Virus record (IMG/VR): IMGVR_UViG_3300049927_000072
Span: 1 to 64,000 of that record
Direction: 5' to 3' (one strand)
DNA from: a virus
DNA: 64,000 nucleotides
The notes under the pieces are model-generated. The model saw only the letters and a list, made by a program, of their open reading frames with translations, searched no databases and was not told where the DNA came from. Below, in pieces: positions 36,430 through 44,983 of the stretch. A program made the translations under genes and the position numbers. Positions within the stretch are counted from its first letter, which is position 1. Every line of letters begins with the position of its first letter.

Positions 36430-36779
36430 AAGACGAACGCGGGCACGGTAGCGATGCGCGCGGGGATATGGCTCGTCAAAATCCGACAGTCGTTTCTATT
36501 TCTGCCATACGCCCGTCTCAAGAAAATCTAGCTTGGATTGCAAAAGGATTAGCCGCCGCCGTTGAGGGTGCTAAGGCTGCACAGGCTGCGTACGGTGGAA
36601 AACTTGTTCCGATAGAAACAGGCGTGGATATGTACCGTCAACAAATTCGGTCTGGCGCGTATATTGCCCCGCTCAGCGTTGACACGAAAATGAACTTGAT
36701 CGACGGGCATACTCGGCTATTAGCCTACAAGGCCGAAGGAATTGCAAAAGTGCCGGTACAAGTCGTTCGAGGGAAATAG
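36426..36779 (+). CDS. MKD-GHGS-tagged ParB/Srx-like domain protein
   Basis: MKDERGHGSD; PLSVD...LIDGHTRL.A....G...VPV. Confidence 0.8.
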   Translation: MKDERGHGSDARGDMARQNPTVVSISAIRPSQENLAWIAKGLAAAVEGAKAAQAAYGGKLVPIETGVDMYRQQIRSGAYIAPLSVDTKMNLIDGHTRLLAYKAEGIAKVPVQVVRGK

Positions 36780-36782
36780 GTC

Positions 36783-36986
36783 ATGGCAAAAAGCAAAGGC
36801 GGGGCAAACGCAAAGTTTGGTCTCAAGAGCGGCAAAGGTGCACCGAGTTCAACCGTGCAAGTGAAGCCGACATATCAGCACGATGTAGTCGAGTGGCTGA
36901 AGCAGGAAGCGGATCGCAACGCGCTCGCGGTCAAACTCGGTCGCACAAAGACGAAAAGCAAATTCGCTCCGAAGTCTTCCCTATAA
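36783..36986 (+). CDS. small Lys-rich protein
   Basis: GAGGG SD. Confidence 0.6.
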   Translation: MAKSKGGANAKFGLKSGKGAPSSTVQVKPTYQHDVVEWLKQEADRNALAVKLGRTKTKSKFAPKSSL

Positions 36987-36993
36987 TAAATTG

Positions 36994-37026
36994 CCGGTTG
37001 CGGCAATATTGAAACGGCGATAAACA
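36994..37026 (+). promoter_or_regulatory. late promoter motif
   Basis: CCGGTTGCGG-N17-TAAACA. Confidence 0.75.
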
Positions 37027-37052
37027 CGGCGGCTTAAATCGGGGGACCGCTC

Positions 37053-37340
37053 ATGAATATCGCACGTTCCGGCGCGCCCAAAGCGCCGCAGACCGAATTT
37101 GCTCCGCGCGACACCATGAAAGACATGACCGAGTATTCGGCCGGTCCGGCGACGCCCGGCTCTGGCCCGGATGCGTCGGCCGCAAATCCGCTTGAGAGTG
37201 AACCTCGCGGGAAGCTTCTGACCAAACAGCCCGGCGCTGTTGGCGCTGCATGGGATATGACGGACGGAGACGGCGACGGCGTCGATCCGACTATTGGTGG
37301 TGACGTGCTCAAGGAAGGCAAGCTGACAGGACGGCCATAA
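37053..37340 (+). CDS. small disordered late protein
   Basis: GGGGGAC SD. Confidence 0.65.
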   Translation: MNIARSGAPKAPQTEFAPRDTMKDMTEYSAGPATPGSGPDASAANPLESEPRGKLLTKQPGAVGAAWDMTDGDGDGVDPTIGGDVLKEGKLTGRP

Positions 37341-37341
37341 G

Positions 37342-37587
37342 ATGAAAGACGAGCGGGGCCACGGGTCAGACAGTCAAGGGGGCGCGGGCATATCGCATCA
37401 AAGCGCAGTGCAGCGGATCGGTGCAACACTCGGAGCGTTCGCAAAAGATGAAAGCGGTTCCGGCAAAACAGTCGGAGAAGCAGCCTTCGAGAAAATGCAC
37501 GACCCGGCGATGATCGCTAACTTAGTCGCCGAACTTGGGTCGCCAGAATTGGCGACCGTTGCGCATCTCGCGCACCTTTTGATTTAA
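37342..37587 (+). CDS. MKD-GHGS-tagged small protein 5
   Basis: MKDERGHGSD. Confidence 0.75.
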   Translation: MKDERGHGSDSQGGAGISHQSAVQRIGATLGAFAKDESGSGKTVGEAAFEKMHDPAMIANLVAELGSPELATVAHLAHLLI

Positions 37588-37594
37588 CGGGGAG

Positions 37595-37825
37595 ATGAAC
37601 ATGGCGACGAACGTTTACGGATCAGACATGCCAGCCGACAATTGCTACGGCGAGAATGGCTACACCGGCCAGTCGAGCGTAGTGCCCGGCCAGCCCGCGG
37701 TTAGCTGCGATCTCGAAGCGAGCAAAGGGCTCGGCTCCGTTCCCGCCATCTCGCAGACCCGCCAAGTAAGCGCAAAGCCGCTCGCGACCCGCGTTGGACG
37801 CGGCGCGTCGGCTCAGTGGAAATAA
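37595..37825 (+). CDS. small late protein
   Basis: GGGGAG SD. Confidence 0.6.
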   Translation: MNMATNVYGSDMPADNCYGENGYTGQSSVVPGQPAVSCDLEASKGLGSVPAISQTRQVSAKPLATRVGRGASAQWK

Positions 37826-37943
37826 TCAGCCTGTAGGTTGATTTCGAAAATGCAAAATCAGCCCGCAGGCTGATTTTGTCCGTCACCGAGCGCATGGGCG
37901 CTCACACTCGGCATGGGCCGGTGCGACAAAAAGGAATACCGGC

Positions 37944-38633
37944 ATGAGCCGCTCAAGCGATTTGGCGAAAGCGCCCGTGAGCTTGCGAACGCGCGAGCCG
38001 GGCAGACGATATAATCCCAAAACATTGCGGAATGTGGTCAAATGGGCGCGAGAGATGCCCGTCATTCGCGTGATATGCGAGCGCGCTCGGGTCACCCGTG
38101 CTGGTCTAGCCTACTGGATCAAGAAGAGCGCCGCGGGTGAGATTGGGTGTGGTGATGGTTTCGACGTGACTATCAATGGCGAGACGCGCCGTTTTCACGA
38201 TTGGTATTACGATGCGTTCAGCGACGGTGTTGATCGCGTCGAAGAAGCCGCATTCAAACTCGCGAACGGCACGCACATGGAAGCGCTCTCTTACCGGGGC
38301 CGCGTGAATTATCAGGAAGACCCGGACTTGCTCGCGCTCGGCTTCGAAGGGCCGGAAGCGTGGAAGCGAGACAAGAACAATCGTCCAATACCAGAGGCAA
38401 TAGCAAAACTCGACCCGGATATGACGCGCTTCATTCTAAAAGCGCATCGGCCGGAACGGTACATCAATACGCAGAAAATAGATGTAACGCACAAGGGCGG
38501 CGTGCTTGTGGTCGGAACGCAAATGAAGCGCGAAGATTTCGAGAAAAAGTTTGTCGGCAAGTCCGGCACCGCAGACGTATTGGATGTTGAGTTCGAAGTT
38601 GTACCCACTGACGCCCCAGACCCGACGGCCTGA
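37944..38633 (+). CDS. terS: terminase small subunit
   Basis: N-terminal HTH-like region, D.VE..AF..A, F.LKA.RPE.Y; directly upstream of terL. Confidence 0.8.
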   Translation: MSRSSDLAKAPVSLRTREPGRRYNPKTLRNVVKWAREMPVIRVICERARVTRAGLAYWIKKSAAGEIGCGDGFDVTINGETRRFHDWYYDAFSDGVDRVEEAAFKLANGTHMEALSYRGRVNYQEDPDLLALGFEGPEAWKRDKNNRPIPEAIAKLDPDMTRFILKAHRPERYINTQKIDVTHKGGVLVVGTQMKREDFEKKFVGKSGTADVLDVEFEVVPTDAPDPTA

Positions 38634-38634
38634 C

Positions 38635-40191
38635 ATGGGTGTGACCGTAGAAAAATGGCGGCTGAAGGATGGTGTGTGGCGGCCGTGGGTCCGCAACAAC
38701 GAAGGCGAATTGATTGAAGCCATCTGGGCCGCGCAAGCTGGATCGCAAGACGCATTTCTCTCGTGCCCTACATTCGAAACTCTCTACTCCGGAACACGTG
38801 GACCGGGAAAAACTGACGCGCTCTTGATGGACTTCGCGCAGGATGTCGGCAAAGGCTTCGGCTCTAACTGGGTTGGCATTCTCTTCCGGCAGTCGCATCC
38901 GGCGCTGCGAGACGTGATCGAGAAGAGCAAGCGCTGGTATAAGCAAATCTGGGGCGATGCTGCGTTCTACAATGAGATCAAATTTTTCTGGGAATGGGAT
39001 ACCGGCGAGCGGTTGTACTTCTCGCACTTTGCGACCATCTCGGACTACGACAAGTACCACGGCCACGCGTACCCGTGGATCGGTTGGGAAGAATTGACCT
39101 CATGGGCCATGCCGGATTGCTATAAGTCTGCATTCTCACTTTGTCGCTCGCCTGTGCCGGGCATCCCGAAGAGGATACGCGCGACGACCAACCCGCACGG
39201 TGTCGGCCACAACTGGGTCAAGGGTCGTTTCCGGATCATTACAGTATCGCCGGATAAAATCGCAGACCCTGTGATAACGGATGCGAAAGACGAACAAGGT
39301 CGGCCCGAGCCACCGCGTCAAGTAATCTTCGGCTTCCTTGAAGAAAATAAAATCCTGCTACGCGAAGACCCGGAGTATGTCACCAACCTGCGAACAGCGG
39401 CGCGAAGTGAAGCGCAACTGCAAGCGTGGCTTTACGGTTCATGGGACATCGTCGCCGGTGGCATGTTCGACGACATCTGGCACGGCTACAAGACGGACAT
39501 CATCGTTGAGAATTTCCAAATACCGCCAGAGTGGCCAATCTATCGCGCGTACGATCACGGAAGCTCGAAGCCGTTTAGCGTCGGCTGGTATACGGTGAGT
39601 GATGGCTCCGATGTCATTGTCAACGGCAAGGTTCGGGCAACTGTGCCGGGCGATCTATTCCGGATCGCCGAATGGTACGGCTGGCGCGGTGTAGAAAACG
39701 AAGGCACGCGCATGCTCGTCGCAGATATCGCGCGCGGAATTATCCAGCGGGAGATCGATTGGGGATGGCGCTCACGCGACGGCAAGCACGTGCGAGTGAA
39801 ACGCGGACCGGCGGACACGTCCATATTTGACGAAAACAATGGCGTATGTGTCGCGGATGATTTCGAAAAGCCTGTGTTTATCAACGGCATCAAACATCGC
39901 GGCGTCGTATGGGAGCGCGCCGATAAAGGCCCCGGCTCACGCGTGCAAGGTTGGGAGCAAGTCCGGCGACGCTTGAAAGCAACGAAACGGCCGGACGGCG
40001 GCATCCGGGAAGTGCCGAGCCTGTTTATCGATGCCAAATGCAAACAATGGCTGCGCACTGTGCCAAATCTGCCGCGAGACGAAGATAAGATCGATGATGT
40101 GAACACAGAGGCAGAGGATCACGTCGGGGACGAGACACGCTACATGCTGCGCTTCGAGCCAAGAACAATGAAATCGGGGCGCACAATCTAA
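38635..40191 (+). CDS. terL: terminase large subunit
   Basis: GTRGPGKT, WIGWEEL, ATTNPHG.GH.W, nuclease D residues (YDHG, EDHVGDETRY). Confidence 0.95.
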   Translation: MGVTVEKWRLKDGVWRPWVRNNEGELIEAIWAAQAGSQDAFLSCPTFETLYSGTRGPGKTDALLMDFAQDVGKGFGSNWVGILFRQSHPALRDVIEKSKRWYKQIWGDAAFYNEIKFFWEWDTGERLYFSHFATISDYDKYHGHAYPWIGWEELTSWAMPDCYKSAFSLCRSPVPGIPKRIRATTNPHGVGHNWVKGRFRIITVSPDKIADPVITDAKDEQGRPEPPRQVIFGFLEENKILLREDPEYVTNLRTAARSEAQLQAWLYGSWDIVAGGMFDDIWHGYKTDIIVENFQIPPEWPIYRAYDHGSSKPFSVGWYTVSDGSDVIVNGKVRATVPGDLFRIAEWYGWRGVENEGTRMLVADIARGIIQREIDWGWRSRDGKHVRVKRGPADTSIFDENNGVCVADDFEKPVFINGIKHRGVVWERADKGPGSRVQGWEQVRRRLKATKRPDGGIREVPSLFIDAKCKQWLRTVPNLPRDEDKIDDVNTEAEDHVGDETRYMLRFEPRTMKSGRTI

Positions 40192-40247
40192 AGGCCGGTT
40201 GCTAATAAAACTGGAACGTGATTTATCGCAAATTCGCGGGGGACACC

Positions 40248-41900
40248 ATGAGCCTTGAAGACAAACATCCGGAATATATCAATCGCCTAGGTGAATGGAT
40301 ACAAATGGGCGACACCTACGCGGGTGAGCGCGAAATAAAGCGCAAGCGCGTAGACTACCTGCCCCCATGCGAAGGAATGATTGCGGACGGCATGTCCAAT
40401 CCGCAGTCTCCCGGCTGGAAAGACTACGAAGCGTATTTGATGCGGGCCGTGTATCCTGACGTGGTCAAGGATGCGGTTAAGGCGATGGTCGGCATTATGC
40501 ACATGCGACCCGCTACGATCACGCTCCCGAAAAAACTGCAAGGCATGTTCACCAAAGCCACCGCTCAGGGCGAGGGCTTGCAAATGCTTTTGCGTCGGAT
40601 CAATGAGGCGCAACTCAAAAACGGTCGCTGCGGATTGCTGGTCGAAGTGCCGACAGGCAAGGACGCGGCGAGTGCGCTCCCGTATATCGCGTTCTACGAT
40701 GCCGAACGCATCACGAATTGGGACGCTGGCCGATATGAAGAGGGCCAGAACGATTTGGAAATGGTTGTGCTCGACGAGAGCGGACCATCGCGCAAAGGTT
40801 TCACATGGCAGACGGAGCGTAAATTTCGCGTCCTTACGCGCGGGGCTTTGAGCGCTATAAATGCCGACGGAGAATGGCGACCCACCGATACCGACGAATA
40901 CGTGGTCGCAGTGAAAATCAATGAAGTCAACACTCCGACCGCGGGCGATTTTATCACACCACAAATCGCTGGCCGCACACTGAAAAAAATTCCGTTTGTG
41001 TTTATCGGCGCAAACGATCTCGTACCAGAGCCGGAAGTCCCCCCACTAATTGGTCTCAGCAATCTAGCTCTCGCGATCTATCGTGGCGAGGCTGACTATC
41101 GTCAGACCCTGTATTATCAGGGCCAGCAAACGCTCGTTATCATCGGCGGCAACGCTGGTGACACTGACGAGCAAATTCGCACCGGCAATAAGGGCGTGAT
41201 CGACCTCAAGCTTGGCGGCGATGCAAAATTCATTGGCGTTTCCGCGACTGGCCTTGGCGAGATGCGTCAAGCGGTCGAGAATGACAAGGCCAAAGCCGAC
41301 AGTATGGGCGTCGCATTCATGGATGTCGGCAATGCGCGCGGCGAGAGTGGCGAAGCTCTCCGTATTCGAGTGGCCGCACGCACCACGACAATATCATCGA
41401 CCAACCAAGCTGCGGGCGCTGGCCTCGAAGCTGCGTTGAAATTCTGCGCGGAGTGGGTCGGAGAAAATCCGGACGAAGTGAAAGTCGAAGTGCAAACCGA
41501 CTTCGCGGATCAGAGTGTCGCGGGTGCTGCATTGCTTGCGTTCATGCAGGCGAAGCAACTTGGCTTGCCGCTGTCTCTCAAGTCGTTACATCGCACTATG
41601 AAGGCGAACGACTTGACCGACATGACCTTCGAAGAAGAGAGCGACCAAATCAAGGAAGAAGCCGTGACCGCGGTCGAGGATATGGCCGATCTCACGCAAG
41701 TGGCGAGCGACAATAACTTCCTTGACGAGCCAGCCGACACGACAGATGCGACGGCAGGGAATGTGAAAACCACTCCGCCCATCGCTCCCGCCGGGCTTAT
41801 CAAGCCCGGCCAGAGCGTCCCGGTAACCCCGCACGCGCGCGGAACGCCAGTCCCCATGAAAGGCAAAGTCGGCAAAAAAGGTGCGTCGGCTGGAAAGTAA
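40248..41900 (+). CDS. portal protein (DUF4055 type)
   Basis: HPEY, YLP, Y..YL.RA, IPFVFIG, PPL..L, ESGEAL; position after terL. Confidence 0.9.
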   Translation: MSLEDKHPEYINRLGEWIQMGDTYAGEREIKRKRVDYLPPCEGMIADGMSNPQSPGWKDYEAYLMRAVYPDVVKDAVKAMVGIMHMRPATITLPKKLQGMFTKATAQGEGLQMLLRRINEAQLKNGRCGLLVEVPTGKDAASALPYIAFYDAERITNWDAGRYEEGQNDLEMVVLDESGPSRKGFTWQTERKFRVLTRGALSAINADGEWRPTDTDEYVVAVKINEVNTPTAGDFITPQIAGRTLKKIPFVFIGANDLVPEPEVPPLIGLSNLALAIYRGEADYRQTLYYQGQQTLVIIGGNAGDTDEQIRTGNKGVIDLKLGGDAKFIGVSATGLGEMRQAVENDKAKADSMGVAFMDVGNARGESGEALRIRVAARTTTISSTNQAAGAGLEAALKFCAEWVGENPDEVKVEVQTDFADQSVAGAALLAFMQAKQLGLPLSLKSLHRTMKANDLTDMTFEEESDQIKEEAVTAVEDMADLTQVASDNNFLDEPADTTDATAGNVKTTPPIAPAGLIKPGQSVPVTPHARGTPVPMKGKVGKKGASAGK

Positions 41901-41906
41901 AACATC

Positions 41907-42779
41907 ATGGCCTTCGACCCGGATCAACTCCGAGACGAGCATGGCCAGTGGACGAGCGGGGGAGCTTCAACGCCTGAAAAGGCGCAAGAGCAAGCCAACC
42001 GCGTCGCCGCTGGCGCGAAGCCTATTGAGAGCCTCCCGCAAAAGCCAATCAACATAGGCGGCAAGTGGTACGTGCCGGGACCGATAGGTTCGCTGCGCGA
42101 CGCTGCATCCAAGTACATGGCTGAGAGCAAGCTCGACTACAGTCCGGTCACGAAATATGAAAAGCTCGACGAAGAGCGTGCAACCAATATCGCGCAAGCC
42201 TTTGAAGAGATGAAAAACGATCCGACCAATCCGGAAGTGAAAGCATCCTACGAAGCAATGGCGCACGAAGTCATGGGCCAATACCAAGCGCTCGTGGACA
42301 GTGGTGTGAAAGTCGAATGGATCAAGCCGGGCCAACCGGACCCATATGCAGCAACGCCGCGACTTGCTGCGGTGGATGTGAGCGAAAACAAGCATTGGTG
42401 GGGCTTTCCGACCGATCTCGGCTATGGCTCCGGCGATCATACGGACACAAAAGACAATCCGATGCTGCAAAAAGTCGGCATTAAAATTGACGGGCGCGAT
42501 GTCGTGCTTAACGACGTGTTTCGCGTCGTGCATGATATGTATGGTCATTTCAAAGAGGGCAACGGTTTTCGCGCCGCAGGCGAAGATAACGCTTGGCGAT
42601 CTCACGCCTCGATGTTTTCGGAGAAAGCTTTGCCAGCAATGACCGCGGAAACGCGCGGGCAAAATTCGTGGGTAAATTACGGGCCATACGGCTCATACAA
42701 TCGCACGGCGAGCGCGGGAGACACGCATTATGCTCCGCAGAAAATCGGCATCATGCCCAAGTGGACACAGGCGCGATGA
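41907..42779 (+). CDS. putative internal virion protein with RDxxGxW leader and HDxxGH metal-binding-like domain
   Basis: DQLRDEHGQWT; NDVFRVVHDMYGH...GEDNAW..H...ETRGQNSW. Confidence 0.7.
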   Translation: MAFDPDQLRDEHGQWTSGGASTPEKAQEQANRVAAGAKPIESLPQKPINIGGKWYVPGPIGSLRDAASKYMAESKLDYSPVTKYEKLDEERATNIAQAFEEMKNDPTNPEVKASYEAMAHEVMGQYQALVDSGVKVEWIKPGQPDPYAATPRLAAVDVSENKHWWGFPTDLGYGSGDHTDTKDNPMLQKVGIKIDGRDVVLNDVFRVVHDMYGHFKEGNGFRAAGEDNAWRSHASMFSEKALPAMTAETRGQNSWVNYGPYGSYNRTASAGDTHYAPQKIGIMPKWTQAR

Positions 42780-43126
42780 CCAACCTAGACAACTCCGCCG
42801 CGCGCCCGAGAAAGCAAGTTCCTGAAGAGGAAGCTTGGCGCAAACATCGAGCATTGCAGCAACTGCCGCGCACAACTTTCTCTATATCGCCGCGCGACAC
42901 ATCGACAGCGCGCGTCGGTCGGGCAGAAGCGTGGAAAGACGCGGTCAAGATCATTGACGCCACTGAGCCGGAAGTACGGGATATCATCGAGCGCGGTCTT
43001 GCATTTCGTGCGGCGACGTACGGTGAACGAATGTTACAAGTCATGTCCGTTGTGGATCAGGTCGCAACTGTGCGGATCAAGGCGTTCAAAAAAGCATTTC
43101 GTCTTGTGCGAACGCGTGGTGTGTGA
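42776..43126 (+). CDS. head-morphogenesis (MuF-like) N-terminal fragment, tentative
   Basis: Position; ATGA-coupled. Confidence 0.5.
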   Translation: MTNLDNSAARPRKQVPEEEAWRKHRALQQLPRTTFSISPRDTSTARVGRAEAWKDAVKIIDATEPEVRDIIERGLAFRAATYGERMLQVMSVVDQVATVRIKAFKKAFRLVRTRGV

Positions 43127-43392
43127 TGGATGACATGATGCAGATGCGTCCGAAACAAATTGCGCGACTGACAGTCGCGCAGTGGGCGAAATATTTTGCA
43201 GAAAAAGATCGCACTCTTATTGACAACGCCATACGAGGCGGTGTAATAGCCGGACTTGAGAGCACTGAGATCGCGCGCAAGGTGATCGGCAGTTTGCAAC
43301 TGAACGGTCTCGACGGCGCGACTGAAAACACCCGACAGCAAATTATGAAATTAGCGAGGGTCGCCGTAGCGCGGCGTAAAAAGCGCGAATAA
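43126..43392 (+). CDS. head-morphogenesis (MuF-like) central fragment
   Basis: I.NAI..G..AG....EIAR.VIG...NG.DG..E.TR. Confidence 0.6.
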   Translation: MDDMMQMRPKQIARLTVAQWAKYFAEKDRTLIDNAIRGGVIAGLESTEIARKVIGSLQLNGLDGATENTRQQIMKLARVAVARRKKRE

Positions 43393-43455
43393 GTTTCCGA
43401 CGCATGGGCGTCACTCGGGGGCATGTGCATCCGGGACTGAGAGGGGGACTACACC

Positions 43456-44316
43456 ATGGCTAAGCTGAAAACCATCTATGAGACCGCAGAGGAAATTCCC
43501 GAAGGCTTCGCGGACTTGTTCACCGAGCGAAACGGGAAGTTCGAACTAACCGGCATCGAAAACGTCAAAACACAAGGTGACGTTGACCGAGTGGCCGAAG
43601 CTCTCCGTAAAGAAAAGGCCGATCACAAGGCCACCAAAGAGAGCCTTGTAAAATTTCACGGCATCGATCCTGAGACCGTCAATGCTCAACTCGAAGAGCT
43701 TGAGAGCACCAAGACCCAACTCGAAACCCTCACGAAAGGTGGCGCACTCGACGAGGCCAAGCTTGAGCCGATTATCGAGGCTCGCGTCAAGCGCGCTCTC
43801 GGCCCAGTCGAGCGCGAGAAAACTCAGTTGACGCGTGCGCTCGAAGTGTCGAAAAACGAAACCGTAGCTGCACGAACGGAAGTGGATAAGCTCTCTGGCG
43901 TGCTACAGTCTGGCACGATTGAGCGCGCGATCCGCGATGCAGCCATCGCCGCGAAGGTTATCAGCCCTGCCATTGAAGACGCTGTTATGCAGGGCCTTAG
44001 TGTCCTAACTGCCGCCGAAGACGGCGCGATTGTCACCAAGGACAACGTTGCGGGTGTGACCCCGGGCATCAGCGCTGCCGATTGGCTCAAGGACATGCAG
44101 GACAAGCGTCCGCATTGGTGGCCCGTCTCGCAAGGCGGCGGTTCACGCGGCGGCTCGGGCGGCGCGGTTAATCGCGCGGACAACCCGTGGACAAAGGAAG
44201 GCTGGAACATGACCAAGCAAGGTCAGACGGTGAAAACTCTCGGCGAGGCGAAAGCGAAAGCGATGGCTGAGAGCGTCGGCAGCTATATCGGCGCTACCAG
44301 CGCGGCGAAAGTCTGA
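43456..44316 (+). CDS. capsid scaffolding protein
   Basis: Coiled coil, PHWW..SQGGG, C-terminal NPW...WN.T.Q. Confidence 0.85.
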   Translation: MAKLKTIYETAEEIPEGFADLFTERNGKFELTGIENVKTQGDVDRVAEALRKEKADHKATKESLVKFHGIDPETVNAQLEELESTKTQLETLTKGGALDEAKLEPIIEARVKRALGPVEREKTQLTRALEVSKNETVAARTEVDKLSGVLQSGTIERAIRDAAIAAKVISPAIEDAVMQGLSVLTAAEDGAIVTKDNVAGVTPGISAADWLKDMQDKRPHWWPVSQGGGSRGGSGGAVNRADNPWTKEGWNMTKQGQTVKTLGEAKAKAMAESVGSYIGATSAAKV

Positions 44317-44342
44317 CCGAACTAACCGCTTGCAAAAACAAT

Positions 44343-44373
44343 AGGCCCCGGATAATACCGGGGCCTTCTTTTT
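44343..44373 (+). terminator. terminator overlapping a promoter (-10 in loop)
   Basis: AGGCCCCGG-ATAATA-CCGGGGCCT plus T-run; TTGCAA 17 nt upstream of TAATAC. Confidence 0.75.
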
Positions 44374-44386
44374 ACTGGGGGACGTA

Positions 44387-44983
44387 ATGGCCGACATCCT
44401 AAGCAACCCGTGGGCCGCAGACACGTGGCACCTAGGCCAGCAAGCACAGTATGAGCAGCGCTACGGCACTCCGGCGGCAGAGCGCATGGCGCGCATCGCC
44501 GGTACGAAAATCGGCGGACTGCCGAAAAAGCCTGCGGGACAGAACAAAATCTACATCATTCAAGGCAAGCGTGGACCGGCCGGGCGTGACGGTTCATCTG
44601 GCGCTGGCGCGGGCACGCACGAGTTTCTCGGCTTTTACGCCGCGGGCACATTCGGCGATGCGCAGGTATTCACGGCATCCGCAACACCGCGCGCGACTTC
44701 ATTTCCGACGATCAGCCCGCCAGATGAGAGCCGCGCAACGTGTCGCGTCGCACCGACAAGTGATGTGAGTTTTTATCTCGTCAGTGATGTTGCAGAATTT
44801 ATGGGCGACGGATCGACGCTAATTTGCACAATCACGTTCGCTGCCAACTCGCTCGCCGGATCGTTTGTCTACGGCTCGCCAATAAGCGTTCCTATCGATA
44901 CTGCACTTTTTATCGTGTGCCCACTCACTGCCGATCCCGCGATCACAGATGTGCAGATCGTGTTTTGTGGTGATCCGACGTGA
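44387..44983 (+). CDS. virion protein: scaffold-like N-terminal motif, short collagen-like linker, beta-sandwich paralogous to 60701 C-terminus
   Basis: Manual alignments. Confidence 0.7.
   Translation: MADILSNPWAADTWHLGQQAQYEQRYGTPAAERMARIAGTKIGGLPKKPAGQNKIYIIQGKRGPAGRDGSSGAGAGTHEFLGFYAAGTFGDAQVFTASATPRATSFPTISPPDESRATCRVAPTSDVSFYLVSDVAEFMGDGSTLICTITFAANSLAGSFVYGSPISVPIDTALFIVCPLTADPAITDVQIVFCGDPT

Noticed and set aside
35718-37371. The ~30-bp ATGAAAGA... repeats as a CRISPR array or DNA recombination sites
   Set aside because: Spacing is 220-900 bp, each repeat opens an ORF, variation is synonymous, and there is no cas1/cas2 or recombinase.
35718-37587. Tagged ORFs as RiPP precursors with a shared leader
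   Set aside because: No modifying enzyme, peptidase or exporter nearby, and at least two bodies look like folded domains.
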